64,000 bases of DNA from Candidatus Bathyarchaeota archaeon (GCA_963775685.1 CAVZJV010000014.1:1440001-1504000), one strand, 5' to 3'; positions 49,671-59,083 are shown, counted from the stretch's first letter. Made by a program: numbers and translations. Notes: generated from the sequence alone by a model not told the origin.

Positions 49671-51302
49671 TTACTTACTCTGACTCGCTTTTGCTCTTCT
49701 GCCTTTTATTATTACTTGAAGCGCAATCACAAATACTGTCACAACTGCTGCGGCAGCCACCAATCCATAGAGCACTTCAAGCCAGCTCAATTGATCCTGG
49801 GATCCATTATTTGAAGCCGTTGGACTTGGAGAAACAGTCATAGTGAACATGATTGATATTTGATGTGAACTAAAGGGGGTAATGCACCATACATAATAGT
49901 TGTTGCTGTCCTGTGTGTAGTCTTGATTTGAAGTTGGTTGACCATCAATGAATATTATTGGTTTCGTGCCATATGTTACCGAGTTTTTTGGAATAGTAAC
50001 GTTACCAAAACCTGCTGTTCCGCTTTGACCCGTTACAGTGAACGATAATGTTGTTGTAGATTCAGATTGGTTTGTTGCCAGTACCACATTTGACATTTGT
50101 GAACTGGTTATGTTTCCATGGATAGTTAGTTCAATCGTTGAACCATTATCTGTCATCGCTGGTACAGTTATTGATGAAGGAGATGGCAATGGAGTAGGAC
50201 TTGGCGTTGGAGTTGCAGTTTGAGTAGGTGTTGTTGAAGGAGTTGGAGTTGGGTTTTTTGGTGTTGGAGTCGGAGTTGGAGTGGGTGTTGGGAAAGATGA
50301 AGAGGTGTTAAATGGTGAAATGAGGGGGTAATTGTCGAAGTAGACAGTATTTCCATCCCAGTTAGCTACGAGCGGATATGGCGTGTTTCCAATTCCTGTG
50401 TGATCAATTTCTGTTCCCGAATAATCGCTCCAGTAGTTGCCTTCTTTACCGTTATCCCAGTAATTTGCATATCCAGCCCAATCGCTATTTCTTCCAAAAA
50501 GCAAGGCTTGAAAAGTGTTTTGGATGAAATTGTTATGGTAAAAAGTATTGCTTGAAGGCGGTTCAATCGCAAGACCATATTGATTATATGCGAAAGTGTT
50601 GCCGACAACGGTGTTGTTTGAACAATCGTTGTTGAGTTGTAGTCCATAATTGTATGTACTGTTCCCAAAGTAGTTACCAATAATTGTATTGTTTCCGCTT
50701 GCATCAGACAGTAATGCCCCAAAACCATTGTTTACAATGTTGTTGTCTATAATGCTGCAGCCGCTACCGCCCTCAACATATACGCCTGTCCCTCCGCAAG
50801 TCGTTATATTATTCCCTACGATGGTGTTTTCTGAACCGTATTGTAGGAAAATGCCGTTTCCGTATTGAATGGCACTTATGGTGTTGCTTGTGATGTTAAT
50901 GTAGCTTGAAAAATACTCAGCTCTTATTCCGTCTGGTTCAGTTACAGAATATGGGTATCCTTTGTTGTTGCTTACGGTGAAATTTTCGATGGAAACATAG
51001 CTCGCATTAATATAAATGATGTTTTCGGTTGCGTTGTTTGCATCTATGAATGTTGATTCCTGATTTTCTCCGATAAGGTTTATGGATTTGTTTATAACAA
51101 GAGTTTCAAAGTAGGTGCCACTTTTCACGAGTATTGTATCGCCTTGAGAGGCGTTGTCTATAGCGGCTTGAATGGTTGGGTAATCGTTTGGAACAACAAT
51201 CGTTTTGGATTGAGCTTTCACAGTAGCTGGGGGTAGTACAACTAAAGAGGCTAAAAACAACGCAACAAGAACCAGAGCAAAACTCTTGCTTAATCTATTC
51301 AT
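49671..51302 (-). CDS. NosD-like right-handed beta-helix surface protein
   Basis: signal peptide, IVVPNDYPTIQAAID, Asn-rich beta-helix, WDNGKEGNYWSDY, PT linker, C-terminal TM. Confidence 0.9.
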   Translation of the reverse strand: MNRLSKSFALVLVALFLASLVVLPPATVKAQSKTIVVPNDYPTIQAAIDNASQGDTILVKSGTYFETLVINKSINLIGENQESTFIDANNATENIIYINASYVSIENFTVSNNKGYPYSVTEPDGIRAEYFSSYINITSNTISAIQYGNGIFLQYGSENTIVGNNITTCGGTGVYVEGGSGCSIIDNNIVNNGFGALLSDASGNNTIIGNYFGNSTYNYGLQLNNDCSNNTVVGNTFAYNQYGLAIEPPSSNTFYHNNFIQNTFQALLFGRNSDWAGYANYWDNGKEGNYWSDYSGTEIDHTGIGNTPYPLVANWDGNTVYFDNYPLISPFNTSSSFPTPTPTPTPTPKNPTPTPSTTPTQTATPTPSPTPLPSPSSITVPAMTDNGSTIELTIHGNITSSQMSNVVLATNQSESTTTLSFTVTGQSGTAGFGNVTIPKNSVTYGTKPIIFIDGQPTSNQDYTQDSNNYYVWCITPFSSHQISIMFTMTVSPSPTASNNGSQDQLSWLEVLYGLVAAAAVVTVFVIALQVIIKGRRAKASQSK

Positions 51303-51339
51303 ACTTACCTTTGAAACGGAAGTTGAGATAAAAGGGTTC

Positions 51340-51386
51340 TCGTAAAACTCTCTTGACTGAGAATCGTCAAGTTTTCTTGACTAAGC
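51340..51386 (-). promoter_or_regulatory. two copies of the palindromic GTCAAG-N4-CTTGAC-type site upstream of the TATA box
   Basis: TCGTAAAACTCTCTTGACTGA and TCGTCAAGTTTTCTTGACTAAGC. Confidence 0.7.
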
Positions 51387-51505
51387 TGGCTTTGATGTTT
51401 TATACAGGATATAGAATCTACACCCCCTGACGTTTTGAGCAGCAGTGGTATCGAACCCCACAGGCAGTGGAGACTATTTCAACATCACCCGCAAACCCCC
51501 TTTCT
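51368..51505 (+). repeat. ~130 bp direct repeat including a tRNA-end scar (copy 2)
   Basis: cttgact..tttgatgttttatacaggata..ctacaccccctg..gcagcagtggtatcgaaccc..gtggaga..atcacccg. Confidence 0.85.
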
Positions 51506-51633
51506 ATTGCGCTTGTCATTTCTTTATTACCATTCATCGTGGTGTTTGGACCCCATCTAGTTATTCGCAAAGCTTAAGAATAAACAATCAACAAACTATC
51601 ATTCAGTTCGATTATCAAGGCAGGAAATTTTAA

Positions 51634-52197
51634 TTGTTGATAAAAGGGAAATATCTTTTCTCTCCAAGGGATGAGTTGAGAGACCTCGACATTAATAATT
51701 TTCCATCGATTATTGAAGCATCTGAACGTAGAATTCAAGGATGGTTCTTTAATCCCCTCGAAAAGTTTTTAGCTGACAATAATGACTTTTTTATGGCACC
51801 CGCAGTAGAATGCATTCTGGTCGACGCACTAACTGGTTTCTTCTTTGGCATTTCTGGAGATACTCACAAAGATGACTTTACAGCGTTCTTGAGCCAAAAC
51901 TTGTACGTTCAGAAAGAAGACGCAACAGAATTCTATTTGAGATTTCGATGTGGACTTTTGCATCAGGCTAACATCAAGAAATGTAGCTCCATCACGACGG
52001 AAGTTGAAAGCCTCTATCTTCAAAAGGAAAATGACGTATTATTCATAAATCCAATTGGCTTTCGAAAACAACTCTGAGAATTCTTTACAAGACATGTAAA
52101 GAGGCTTCGTGTGGAAAAAGATATTGAAATTAGGTTTAGAAAGCGTTTCTTTCATCTTTTCGTAGATGAATTCGAGGAAAGCAAATGGACGGGATAG
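51634..52197 (+). pseudogene. HEPN-like protein with in-frame TGA at 52075
   Basis: RCGLLH RxxxxH motif; the frame continues 39 codons past the TGA (EFFTRHVKRLR...FRKRF) to TAG 52195-52197. Confidence 0.6.
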
Positions 52198-52250
52198 TAA
52201 GTCAGAAACAGATTATAAGAAAGACATAGTCAATTCAATTCAATCTTTCC

Positions 52251-52514
52251 TTGGCACATGGAAGGAAGAAAAGAAAAAGTGACCTTAACTTTGGAATAAG
52301 CAGCTTTTGGCTAAATGGACTCAATAACGAAAAAGCATTGAAACTCGTTAGGGAGGATGTTGAGGTGGGTTTAGCTCAATACGAGACAAGAATAAAACTA
52401 ATTGACGTAGCGATTGAATTTAAGAATAGTAGTGAAGGCGATTTCCAAATTGAGTTTAAAATTACGTACTTAACGAAGACTGTGAACAAAATTCATCACA
52501 CCTATTTTTCTTAA
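52251..52514 (+). CDS. hypothetical protein or gene fragment
   Basis: 87 aa ORF with TTG start. Confidence 0.4.
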   Translation: MAHGRKKRKSDLNFGISSFWLNGLNNEKALKLVREDVEVGLAQYETRIKLIDVAIEFKNSSEGDFQIEFKITYLTKTVNKIHHTYFS

Positions 52515-52562
52515 AAGTCCTCCTCTAATGAAGCTGACATCAAACGTTTTTAATAATTAATT

Positions 52563-53584
52563 TAGAGTCGTGCACAATTCGTTTTTTATATTTTTGTCAT
52601 CTAATAATCTAATGAGCAGGTCTGGGCTAGAACCCGTAAATACCATTGGTTTGGTGTCTTGCAGGCGCTATAACCATTGAGTTATTGGGTCAGGCCCAGT
52701 ACTTGCTCACGCACTTCAGGCTTGTTTCCTCAAGCAACAAAGCTTTGATCGCTTCCGCATTATAACTTATGAGTCCAGCCAATACCATAGCCGACTTCTT
52801 AACCAAACCCCTCGGCCTCATCCAACATTGCTTCAAAACGTTAGCTTTTAAATGCCCGTTGAACTGCTCCACAACATAACACTTAGTCTTCAACAGCTTA
52901 ACATGCTTGATTTTCTTGCGTTTGCCTCTTCTAGGGTTACAAGCAATAACAGGCTCAGCATCAATGGCCTTGACGGCTTCTTTGTTCGTCTTTGAGTCGT
53001 AGCCCGCATCCGCTAAAACGTAATCTGCCTCCAAATCCTCAATGAGCCCTGGAAGAAACGGAGAATCATAACGGTTTCCCAGTGTGACGACAGCCTTCAA
53101 AGGCAAGCCCAGCTGGTTTACGGCGGCATGAAGCTTAAAGCCCCTGAACTTTCCTCTACTTGTATGACCCCAGCCTGCTTCCATATCGTAGAGATCTTCT
53201 AGCGGTGTCGAATCAACGATGACAACTTTTGTCGGCTCTATTAGTTGAAGCATGTCTGCAATGTTTACGAAAGTTTCTTCCAGAAGGCTTAGGTAACGTC
53301 TCCACCATCTTCCAACAGTTGTCCTATCAGGTATTCTGCTTAGACCAAGTGTTCTAGCAACATCAGAATGCTTCTTTAGATGCTCAACCACTCGTGTGTC
53401 GTTGTCTAATCCTTTTAGCCTTCATAGACAAGAATTCTAAGTGCTTTGACTCTTCCGTAACCAGGGTTTCCACGTCTTTTAGGTTCAGTTGGAACTATCG
53501 CTTTGTTGACGAAAAGCCTGATAACCTCACAGGCTTCCATACTAGAACATAATTGGGAAGCAGCTTAAATTCTGCACACCCCTA
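52563..53584 (-). mobile_element. insertion sequence (IS5/IS982-like DDE), about 1022 bp
   Basis: imperfect TIRs TAGAGTCGTGCACAATT / TAGGGGTGTGCAGAATT; AATTAATT on both flanks (52555-52562, 53585-53592). Confidence 0.8.
52690..53540 (-). pseudogene. DDE transposase, frameshifted near 53422
   Basis: VDSTP, GFKLH, LADAGYDS, VEQFNG; the N-terminal part (MEACEVIRLF...ILVY) starts at 53540 in another frame. Confidence 0.85.
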
Positions 53585-53625
53585 AATTAATTAATTGAGT
53601 TGTTGGGGGTTATAGATGAGGCTAC

Positions 53626-53669
53626 TGGGATTTGAACACCTTTTAAAGTGGAGATATCGCCACTCTCTT
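53626..53669 (+). repeat. tRNA-end scar repeat at the left edge of the provirus-like block
   Basis: tgggatttgaacaccttttaaagtggagatatcgcc. Confidence 0.8.
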
Positions 53670-53742
53670 AGTTTCTTCGCAGCTTCCTTCTCTTTTTTCT
53701 TTCCAGAAACAGTTATTCTAAACTCTTCAAGGAGGAACAATT

Positions 53743-54228
53743 TTGAAGATTTACAGTGATGACCCTAACTTACCCTACAAAACAACAAAGTTGAAAGCTC
53801 TATACACAAAAAGCGAAATAGACGGACTATTCGCCAAGTGGGGAGTCAAAGACACCTACTGGCGCTGGGATCCAGACAACAACGAAGTCTTTGTCCAATT
53901 CAAAATCGTTGAAAAGATCGATGATGTGCCCAGGCAGTTTTCAGCAAAGGTTGAGGCGCCAGCGATATGGGACCGTAAAACCCGTTCTAAAGAGGAATCT
54001 ATAAACTGGGACATTAGCATGCGCGTTATGTTCTGGTTCATTAAATCTCACTTAGAAGCTGCTTACCTGCTTCAGAGCTCCAAGACGGTTGCTTTTCTTC
54101 CCTACATCTTCACTGGTGATGATTCTCGGACAATTAAGGATCTCATTCCAATGCTTAACCAACTTCAGCATTTGCATGCCCTACCCAAACCGTCTGTTAT
54201 TATTGACCAGGAACCGGAGGTCTCTTGA
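53743..54228 (+). CDS. conserved viral hypothetical protein
   Basis: T....TKSEIDGL..KWG...MRVMFWFIKS.LE.......AFLPY pattern, recalled from phage proteins; AGGAGG RBS. Confidence 0.65.
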   Translation: MKIYSDDPNLPYKTTKLKALYTKSEIDGLFAKWGVKDTYWRWDPDNNEVFVQFKIVEKIDDVPRQFSAKVEAPAIWDRKTRSKEESINWDISMRVMFWFIKSHLEAAYLLQSSKTVAFLPYIFTGDDSRTIKDLIPMLNQLQHLHALPKPSVIIDQEPEVS

Positions 54229-54530
54229 TTTTGGGTTGTTTTCGTTTGGGTCCTCGGAACATCCTTCAGCCTTTGCTTGAGCAGGCAGCTTTAGAGGAGC
54301 AGTCGCTGGGTGCTCCTGCAAAAAAGACGATGCTTGAAATTGCAGATAAGCTGGTTCGGTGGGCGCCTAACTTGTATAGCAGCTACAGTAACCCAAGCTA
54401 TTCTGACGAGGAGAAGAATGCTGCTAAGGCGTTACTGAAAAAGAATGGCTTAGAAAAGCTTGGGAATCTGAGTCCCAGATACAAGAAAGCTACCTTAGAG
54501 CTGATCGAGGCTCAAAAGGACCAAGTTTAG
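54225..54530 (+). CDS. hypothetical protein
   Basis: overlaps the upstream stop, GGAGG RBS. Confidence 0.6.
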   Translation: MILGCFRLGPRNILQPLLEQAALEEQSLGAPAKKTMLEIADKLVRWAPNLYSSYSNPSYSDEEKNAAKALLKKNGLEKLGNLSPRYKKATLELIEAQKDQV

Positions 54531-54543
54531 GAGCTGCGTTTTT

Positions 54544-55497
54544 TTGGTTGAAGCATCTGATAACACCGCCAACACCCCAACCAACAGGTGTTGCAACAGT
54601 TGGCACTCCTCAAAGCCCAGAGGCATAGAAGCACTAACATATCAGATTATCGATGCTTCAGAAGTTGAGCTTAAACCCTGTGAGATAGCCCGAAAAATCC
54701 ATGCTCCACGCAAGCCAACCCCTGGCCAGTACTCGACTGTTCGCTTTTTCTGCTCCAAATTGCTGCAAAAAGGCCTAATCATTCAGCCTTACCCTGGAGC
54801 ATACTGTAACAAAATCACCTACGGGGTGCGGTTCGTGCCGCTCTCAGTGCATAACATTAGCTTGCGCAGTTTTGTCTGCCAAGATGTAAAGCATTGGGAA
54901 ACCGATGAGTTTGTCGGAGGAGTGAAGATTCATGTTTGTTTTGGATCTGAGCGCCGTAAAATCAGCGGTTACATCGCATGTGACGTCGCTGGCATGAGTC
55001 ATGACGCGTGTCTGTTGGCACTTAACCGTTGGTTTGACCTAGTCAGTGACCGTTTAGGTTTCCAACTGTGTGATTTGGAGATTTTAACTTTTGAGTGCAA
55101 CAAAGACTATCATGGTATCAGATTAGATGGCGTTCAATGCATTACTAAAATTGGCCTCTATGGTATGGTTGAGCGGGTGTATCAAAAAGAGGAAGCCCTT
55201 GTGCGCAAGGAACGCAAGATTACAAAGCCTATGAGCGTAAACCGCTTTGAGCAAGCCATATCCAAAGGCTTTGCTGACACCGAAAGATCCCAGCATGCAT
55301 TTGAGCTCCGAGAAGAGGTCAAACGCAACACTGAAGCACTAAAGTACACTAACAGTAGGCTTTTGCAGCTTGAACGTCTAAACGAGGCAATGTTTGGAGC
55401 TCTCACTCGCTTAAATGATGTCTTGGGTAAGCTTGGCGATGTAGGTAGCCCTGTGCCTCTTGGGAAAAGGCAGGATTCTGAGGAGTATGTTCGTTGA
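54544..55497 (+). CDS. putative DNA-binding protein (N-terminal wHTH-like, C-terminal coiled coil)
   Basis: LKPCEIARKI...VR..CSKLLQKGLI..PYPGAY. Confidence 0.55.
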   Translation: MVEASDNTANTPTNRCCNSWHSSKPRGIEALTYQIIDASEVELKPCEIARKIHAPRKPTPGQYSTVRFFCSKLLQKGLIIQPYPGAYCNKITYGVRFVPLSVHNISLRSFVCQDVKHWETDEFVGGVKIHVCFGSERRKISGYIACDVAGMSHDACLLALNRWFDLVSDRLGFQLCDLEILTFECNKDYHGIRLDGVQCITKIGLYGMVERVYQKEEALVRKERKITKPMSVNRFEQAISKGFADTERSQHAFELREEVKRNTEALKYTNSRLLQLERLNEAMFGALTRLNDVLGKLGDVGSPVPLGKRQDSEEYVR

Positions 55498-55596
55498 CAG
55501 TTATGGAGTTGATTGTTTGGGAAGTCATGAGAAAAAAAAAGCTAAGAAAAGGCAGAAACAGCAAAAATTGGAACTGAAGAAATCGGGGGTTTACAC

Positions 55597-56163
55597 ATGA
55601 GCGAGAAGAAAACGATTCTTAAGGTTCCTGATGCATACAAGGGGCTTCTGGAAGATATCCGTACGCTAAAATCAGACGATGCTAACCCTAACAAAATGAG
55701 TAACAAGCAAAAAGAACAGGTTTGGAAAAGCCTGCAAAAGCACGGCTGGATCTACCCAATCGTTACAGATTTGAAGGGGGTCTTCGGGGATGGGGAACAA
55801 CGTGTCCAAGTTTGCAAGGATCATGGAGAGTTTTTTGCGCCAGTGCTTAGGCTTGCCCTCTCAGATCCTCAACGGAGGCTGCTACGTCAGACCCTGAATA
55901 AGCTTAGGGGTAAGCATAACAGAGAGCTTGATGAAGCCGATTACAAGCGCATAATCGAGGCTGGCGAGAAAGAAGACTTACAAGCATTGCTGACGGCGAT
56001 TGGCGAAAGAATTCCCGAAGATCTAGGCGGACCTCGTGAGGGCTCTATGTTGATTCCTGAAAGCTACGAGCTGGTCATTGAGTGCAAAGATGAAACTGAC
56101 CAGAAAGCCAAATTTGACCAATTAACCGCTCAAGGGTATGCTGTGAGGGTGCTGAATCTCTAA
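55597..56163 (+). CDS. ParB/sulfiredoxin-like domain protein
   Basis: LK....NPNKM......SLQKHGWIYPIV......DGEQR, LNKLRG. Confidence 0.8.
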   Translation: MSEKKTILKVPDAYKGLLEDIRTLKSDDANPNKMSNKQKEQVWKSLQKHGWIYPIVTDLKGVFGDGEQRVQVCKDHGEFFAPVLRLALSDPQRRLLRQTLNKLRGKHNRELDEADYKRIIEAGEKEDLQALLTAIGERIPEDLGGPREGSMLIPESYELVIECKDETDQKAKFDQLTAQGYAVRVLNL

Positions 56164-56768
56164 TGGACTTTGACTTTTATAACACCTGGAATGAGCCAGA
56201 CAGTTTCCGAGCCAAAAGCGTCATAGGAAGCTTCACATTAAACGACGTTAAGCTGCAGAAGCACTTCAAAGGCTCCCTACCAATTGAAGATGATGATTGG
56301 CAGTTAGGCATAATAGTTGGCCGCAGCGGATCAGGCAAGAGCAGCATCGCAAAAAAACTGTTTCCAAACCAATACATTACAAGCTTTGATTACCAGGGCA
56401 AATGCATCCTCGACGACTTTCCCCAAGAGCTCAGCACATCAGAGATTACCCGTATGCTCTGCAGCGTCGGGTTTGCCTCTCCTCCGGATTGGCTAAAGGC
56501 TTACAGTTGTCTTAGCCAGGGCGAGAAGATGCGCGTCGACGTCGCTCGTGCACTCTGCCTGCCTCAGAAACGCATAGTCTTTGACGAATTTACAAGCGTA
56601 GTGGATCGAGAAGTTGCAAAAATTGGATCCTACGCCATCAGCAAAGCCGTCCGAGCTCAAAGCGGAAAACAATTCATTGCTGTAACCTGCCATTTTGACG
56701 TCATAGACTGGCTGGAAGTAGATTGGGTCTACAACACCGACACAATGGAGTACATAACTTTAGGCTAA
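56163..56768 (+). CDS. soluble ABC-family ATPase of the phage DNA-modification (Mom-associated) type
   Basis: GRSGSGKS, LSQGEKMR, VFDEFTSVVDR, AVTCH.DVIDWL. Confidence 0.8.
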   Translation: MDFDFYNTWNEPDSFRAKSVIGSFTLNDVKLQKHFKGSLPIEDDDWQLGIIVGRSGSGKSSIAKKLFPNQYITSFDYQGKCILDDFPQELSTSEITRMLCSVGFASPPDWLKAYSCLSQGEKMRVDVARALCLPQKRIVFDEFTSVVDREVAKIGSYAISKAVRAQSGKQFIAVTCHFDVIDWLEVDWVYNTDTMEYITLG

Positions 56769-56775
56769 TGGGAGT

Positions 56776-57654
56776 ATGGGAAGAATGGTTGAAACCTATA
56801 GCGCAGACCAAGAACGCATCTACTACATAGCGGAAGCAACCAAAGGCACAACGCCAACAGTGACGCCCGCAATGCTTGGAGTACCCCATGAATCAATCAA
56901 CCCAGGCTTTAACCCAAGCAATCTACTACTGCGAAGCGGCGGAAACTACGACCTCTTTGCCATCAAAAAAGGCGTCCGCGTGCCCTCCCTAAAAGTCGCC
57001 TACATCGTGCCCTCAGCAGCGCCAATCGACCTGCTGCAATACGCCAAAATAGACCTGGACAAGACCTTGAGCGTTCAAGCATTATACTATAAAGGCTCTT
57101 GGGCATCAGCAACCGACCTCATTTCACTGCTATACAACTACATGCGAATTGGCAAGGCAAGCGTTAGCTGCGAAATTGACGATGTTCTCAAAGCCAGTCT
57201 GGAAATGGTAGGCCAGAACCTCATTACGGGCACGGCAAAACTGACTGATGCAACTTACACGGATTATGCAGGTGCAGTTGCATTCAACGAAACCGACGTT
57301 ACCATTGGGGGAGCTGCAAACGATCGGGTTGTAAGCTGGAAATTCGACGTAAACAACAATCCTAAACAGGTGCCCGTTATCCGCAGCACCAACGGGTATC
57401 TAGCCAAATACATTCCTTTTGGCAATCGACAACTAAGCGGTGAAATCCGTTTTGAGTTTGAGAGCAAAGCAGAGATGGACAATGCCCTCGCCGACACAGA
57501 GTTCAACATCAGATTCGGTCTAGGCGGTACCGCGTATGCTCAGATGGAGGCAGCCAAATGGGGCAACATAACTAGCGAGAAGTGGCTTGATGACTTAATC
57601 GCGGTTAGGGCACAGTTTGACGCAAAAGGACCGCTTAGCATAGCGGCAAGTTAA
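56776..57654 (+). CDS. major tail (tube) protein
   Basis: YYIAE.T.GTTP N-terminus, V.SWKFDVNNN, G.RQLSGEIRFEF; lies before the TAC. Confidence 0.75.
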   Translation: MGRMVETYSADQERIYYIAEATKGTTPTVTPAMLGVPHESINPGFNPSNLLLRSGGNYDLFAIKKGVRVPSLKVAYIVPSAAPIDLLQYAKIDLDKTLSVQALYYKGSWASATDLISLLYNYMRIGKASVSCEIDDVLKASLEMVGQNLITGTAKLTDATYTDYAGAVAFNETDVTIGGAANDRVVSWKFDVNNNPKQVPVIRSTNGYLAKYIPFGNRQLSGEIRFEFESKAEMDNALADTEFNIRFGLGGTAYAQMEAAKWGNITSEKWLDDLIAVRAQFDAKGPLSIAAS

Positions 57655-57667
57655 CGGTGATCTAAAA

Positions 57668-58191
57668 ATGGAGACTACAAAAGTAAAAATTGACAAGCGT
57701 TTTGGCGAGCAATTTGTAGGCGACTATGAATTCCGCCAAATTACCCAGGGAGAATACGAGCGGGTACTCGTTAGCTACATGGATGCAGCAGGCAAAGTTC
57801 CAAAAACGGATATTCTCAAAGTTAACCGGGAATGCCTCTGGATGTCCCTTGTTAGCCAGCCCGCCTCAAAACCTCTTTTCAAAGACCTCATAGTTCAAGG
57901 ACGCCTCCCTTATGGTCTTAGCCTAAAGCTGCAGGAAGTCTACGATAACGTCAATGGCATCGAGATGGATGAGCAGCGTTTTTTATCATCGCCATCCGAG
58001 GAAAACGACCAAACCCCCGACTCACAAAGTTCGTGATGTGTGAGCGATTCGGATGGACAGAGCAAGAATACAATGCCACAAGCAGACAAACCATAGCTGA
58101 GTTTTCACTAATCCTGCGAACGTTAGAGAAGATGGCAGAGGAAGAAGCTAAAAATGCAGAAAAGGAAAAAAGGAAATGTCCGTCGAGGTAA
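57668..58191 (+). CDS. tail assembly chaperone, short form to 58036 and -1 frameshift form to 58191
   Basis: slippery T TTT TTA at 57979-57985 in the correct phase; -1 frame open to TAA 58189-58191 (MCERFGWT..EY). Confidence 0.8.
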
Positions 58192-58544
58192 CATTTGACG
58201 TTCAAGGTGTGGACGAATTTGTTGCGGCAATGCAGCGCCTAGATGTGGCTATGCAGGAGAGGGTCCGCGTTTGGCTCTATGATTGGGCGCAGCGATTAGT
58301 TGCTGAGGCGAAACGTAGTGCTCCTGTACGCACGGGGTATCTTCAAAGTAAAATCTACGCTATGACGCAAGAATGGGTCGTAGAAATTGGGGCAGCGGCA
58401 GTGTATAGCTACTTTGTGGAGTTCGGCACCCGCTATATGTCTGCTCATCCGTTTCTTTATCCTGCAGTGCAAGCGTTTCTCCCAGAGTTAGAGACCAACA
58501 TCATAGGTGCAATCGAACAGGCAAAAGCGGAGGCGGGATTGTGA
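58176..58544 (+). CDS. HK97 gp10-family tail completion/neck protein
   Basis: AKRSAPVRTGYLQSKI...Y..FVEFGTRYMSAHPFLYPA. Confidence 0.9.
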   Translation: MSVEVTFDVQGVDEFVAAMQRLDVAMQERVRVWLYDWAQRLVAEAKRSAPVRTGYLQSKIYAMTQEWVVEIGAAAVYSYFVEFGTRYMSAHPFLYPAVQAFLPELETNIIGAIEQAKAEAGL

Positions 58545-59083
58545 GTTTTAGAGAAATAACCCTGTCTATTCGGGCAATCAACCGAGCAAGCAGCGAGTTT
58601 AATCGTATTCAAACAGACGCCCAACTTATGACAGCCCGCATCAAAAGCTTTGGAGCTGCTCTCGCTGGCATAGGTGCCGCAGGCACAGCCATCGGATACC
58701 TGGCTAACCAATTTGGGATTTTAAACGATGAGCAAACCAAAGTCTTCACCGGCACCATGATGCTTGTCTCAGTTATGGGCATGTTTCTGCGTACAAGCAC
58801 CGGGTTAGCTATAGCTCAAAAAGTCTATGCCGCCGCATGCGCGTTTGCAACGGCAGTCCAAAACGCCCTAAACATCAGTTACGCAACCTTCCTGGCGCTT
58901 ACTGGTGTGGGTATCGCTGTGATTGCCGCTGCCGCAGTAGCTATGTATGCTTTTGCCAGCAGCATGAACACGGCAACGGCAAGCGTGCAGAGCTTCAATG
59001 CATCGGCAGCCGAAACTCCGACCCGCGTTAAAGGCATTACTCGTGCAGGAGACGCAGAACTTGCTAGGCGAGGGATTGAGTAA
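58541..59083 (+). CDS. very short tape measure-like protein
   Basis: I.LSIRAINRAS start; Ala-rich; AQK.YAAA....TAVQ.ALN; lies before the hub gene. Confidence 0.65.
   Translation: MSFREITLSIRAINRASSEFNRIQTDAQLMTARIKSFGAALAGIGAAGTAIGYLANQFGILNDEQTKVFTGTMMLVSVMGMFLRTSTGLAIAQKVYAAACAFATAVQNALNISYATFLALTGVGIAVIAAAAVAMYAFASSMNTATASVQSFNASAAETPTRVKGITRAGDAELARRGIE

Noticed and set aside
50190-50292. Tandem ggagtt-like repeats
   Set aside because: They encode the Pro-Thr linker of the NosD protein
52075-52077. Selenocysteine recoding of the TGA in the HEPN-like gene
   Set aside because: The position is not in a redox motif and no SECIS-like hairpin was recognised; a nonsense mutation is simpler
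21377-53669. CRISPR array interpretation of the dispersed repeats
   Set aside because: Copies are 0.9-19 kb apart, degenerate and separated by whole genes; no cas genes seen
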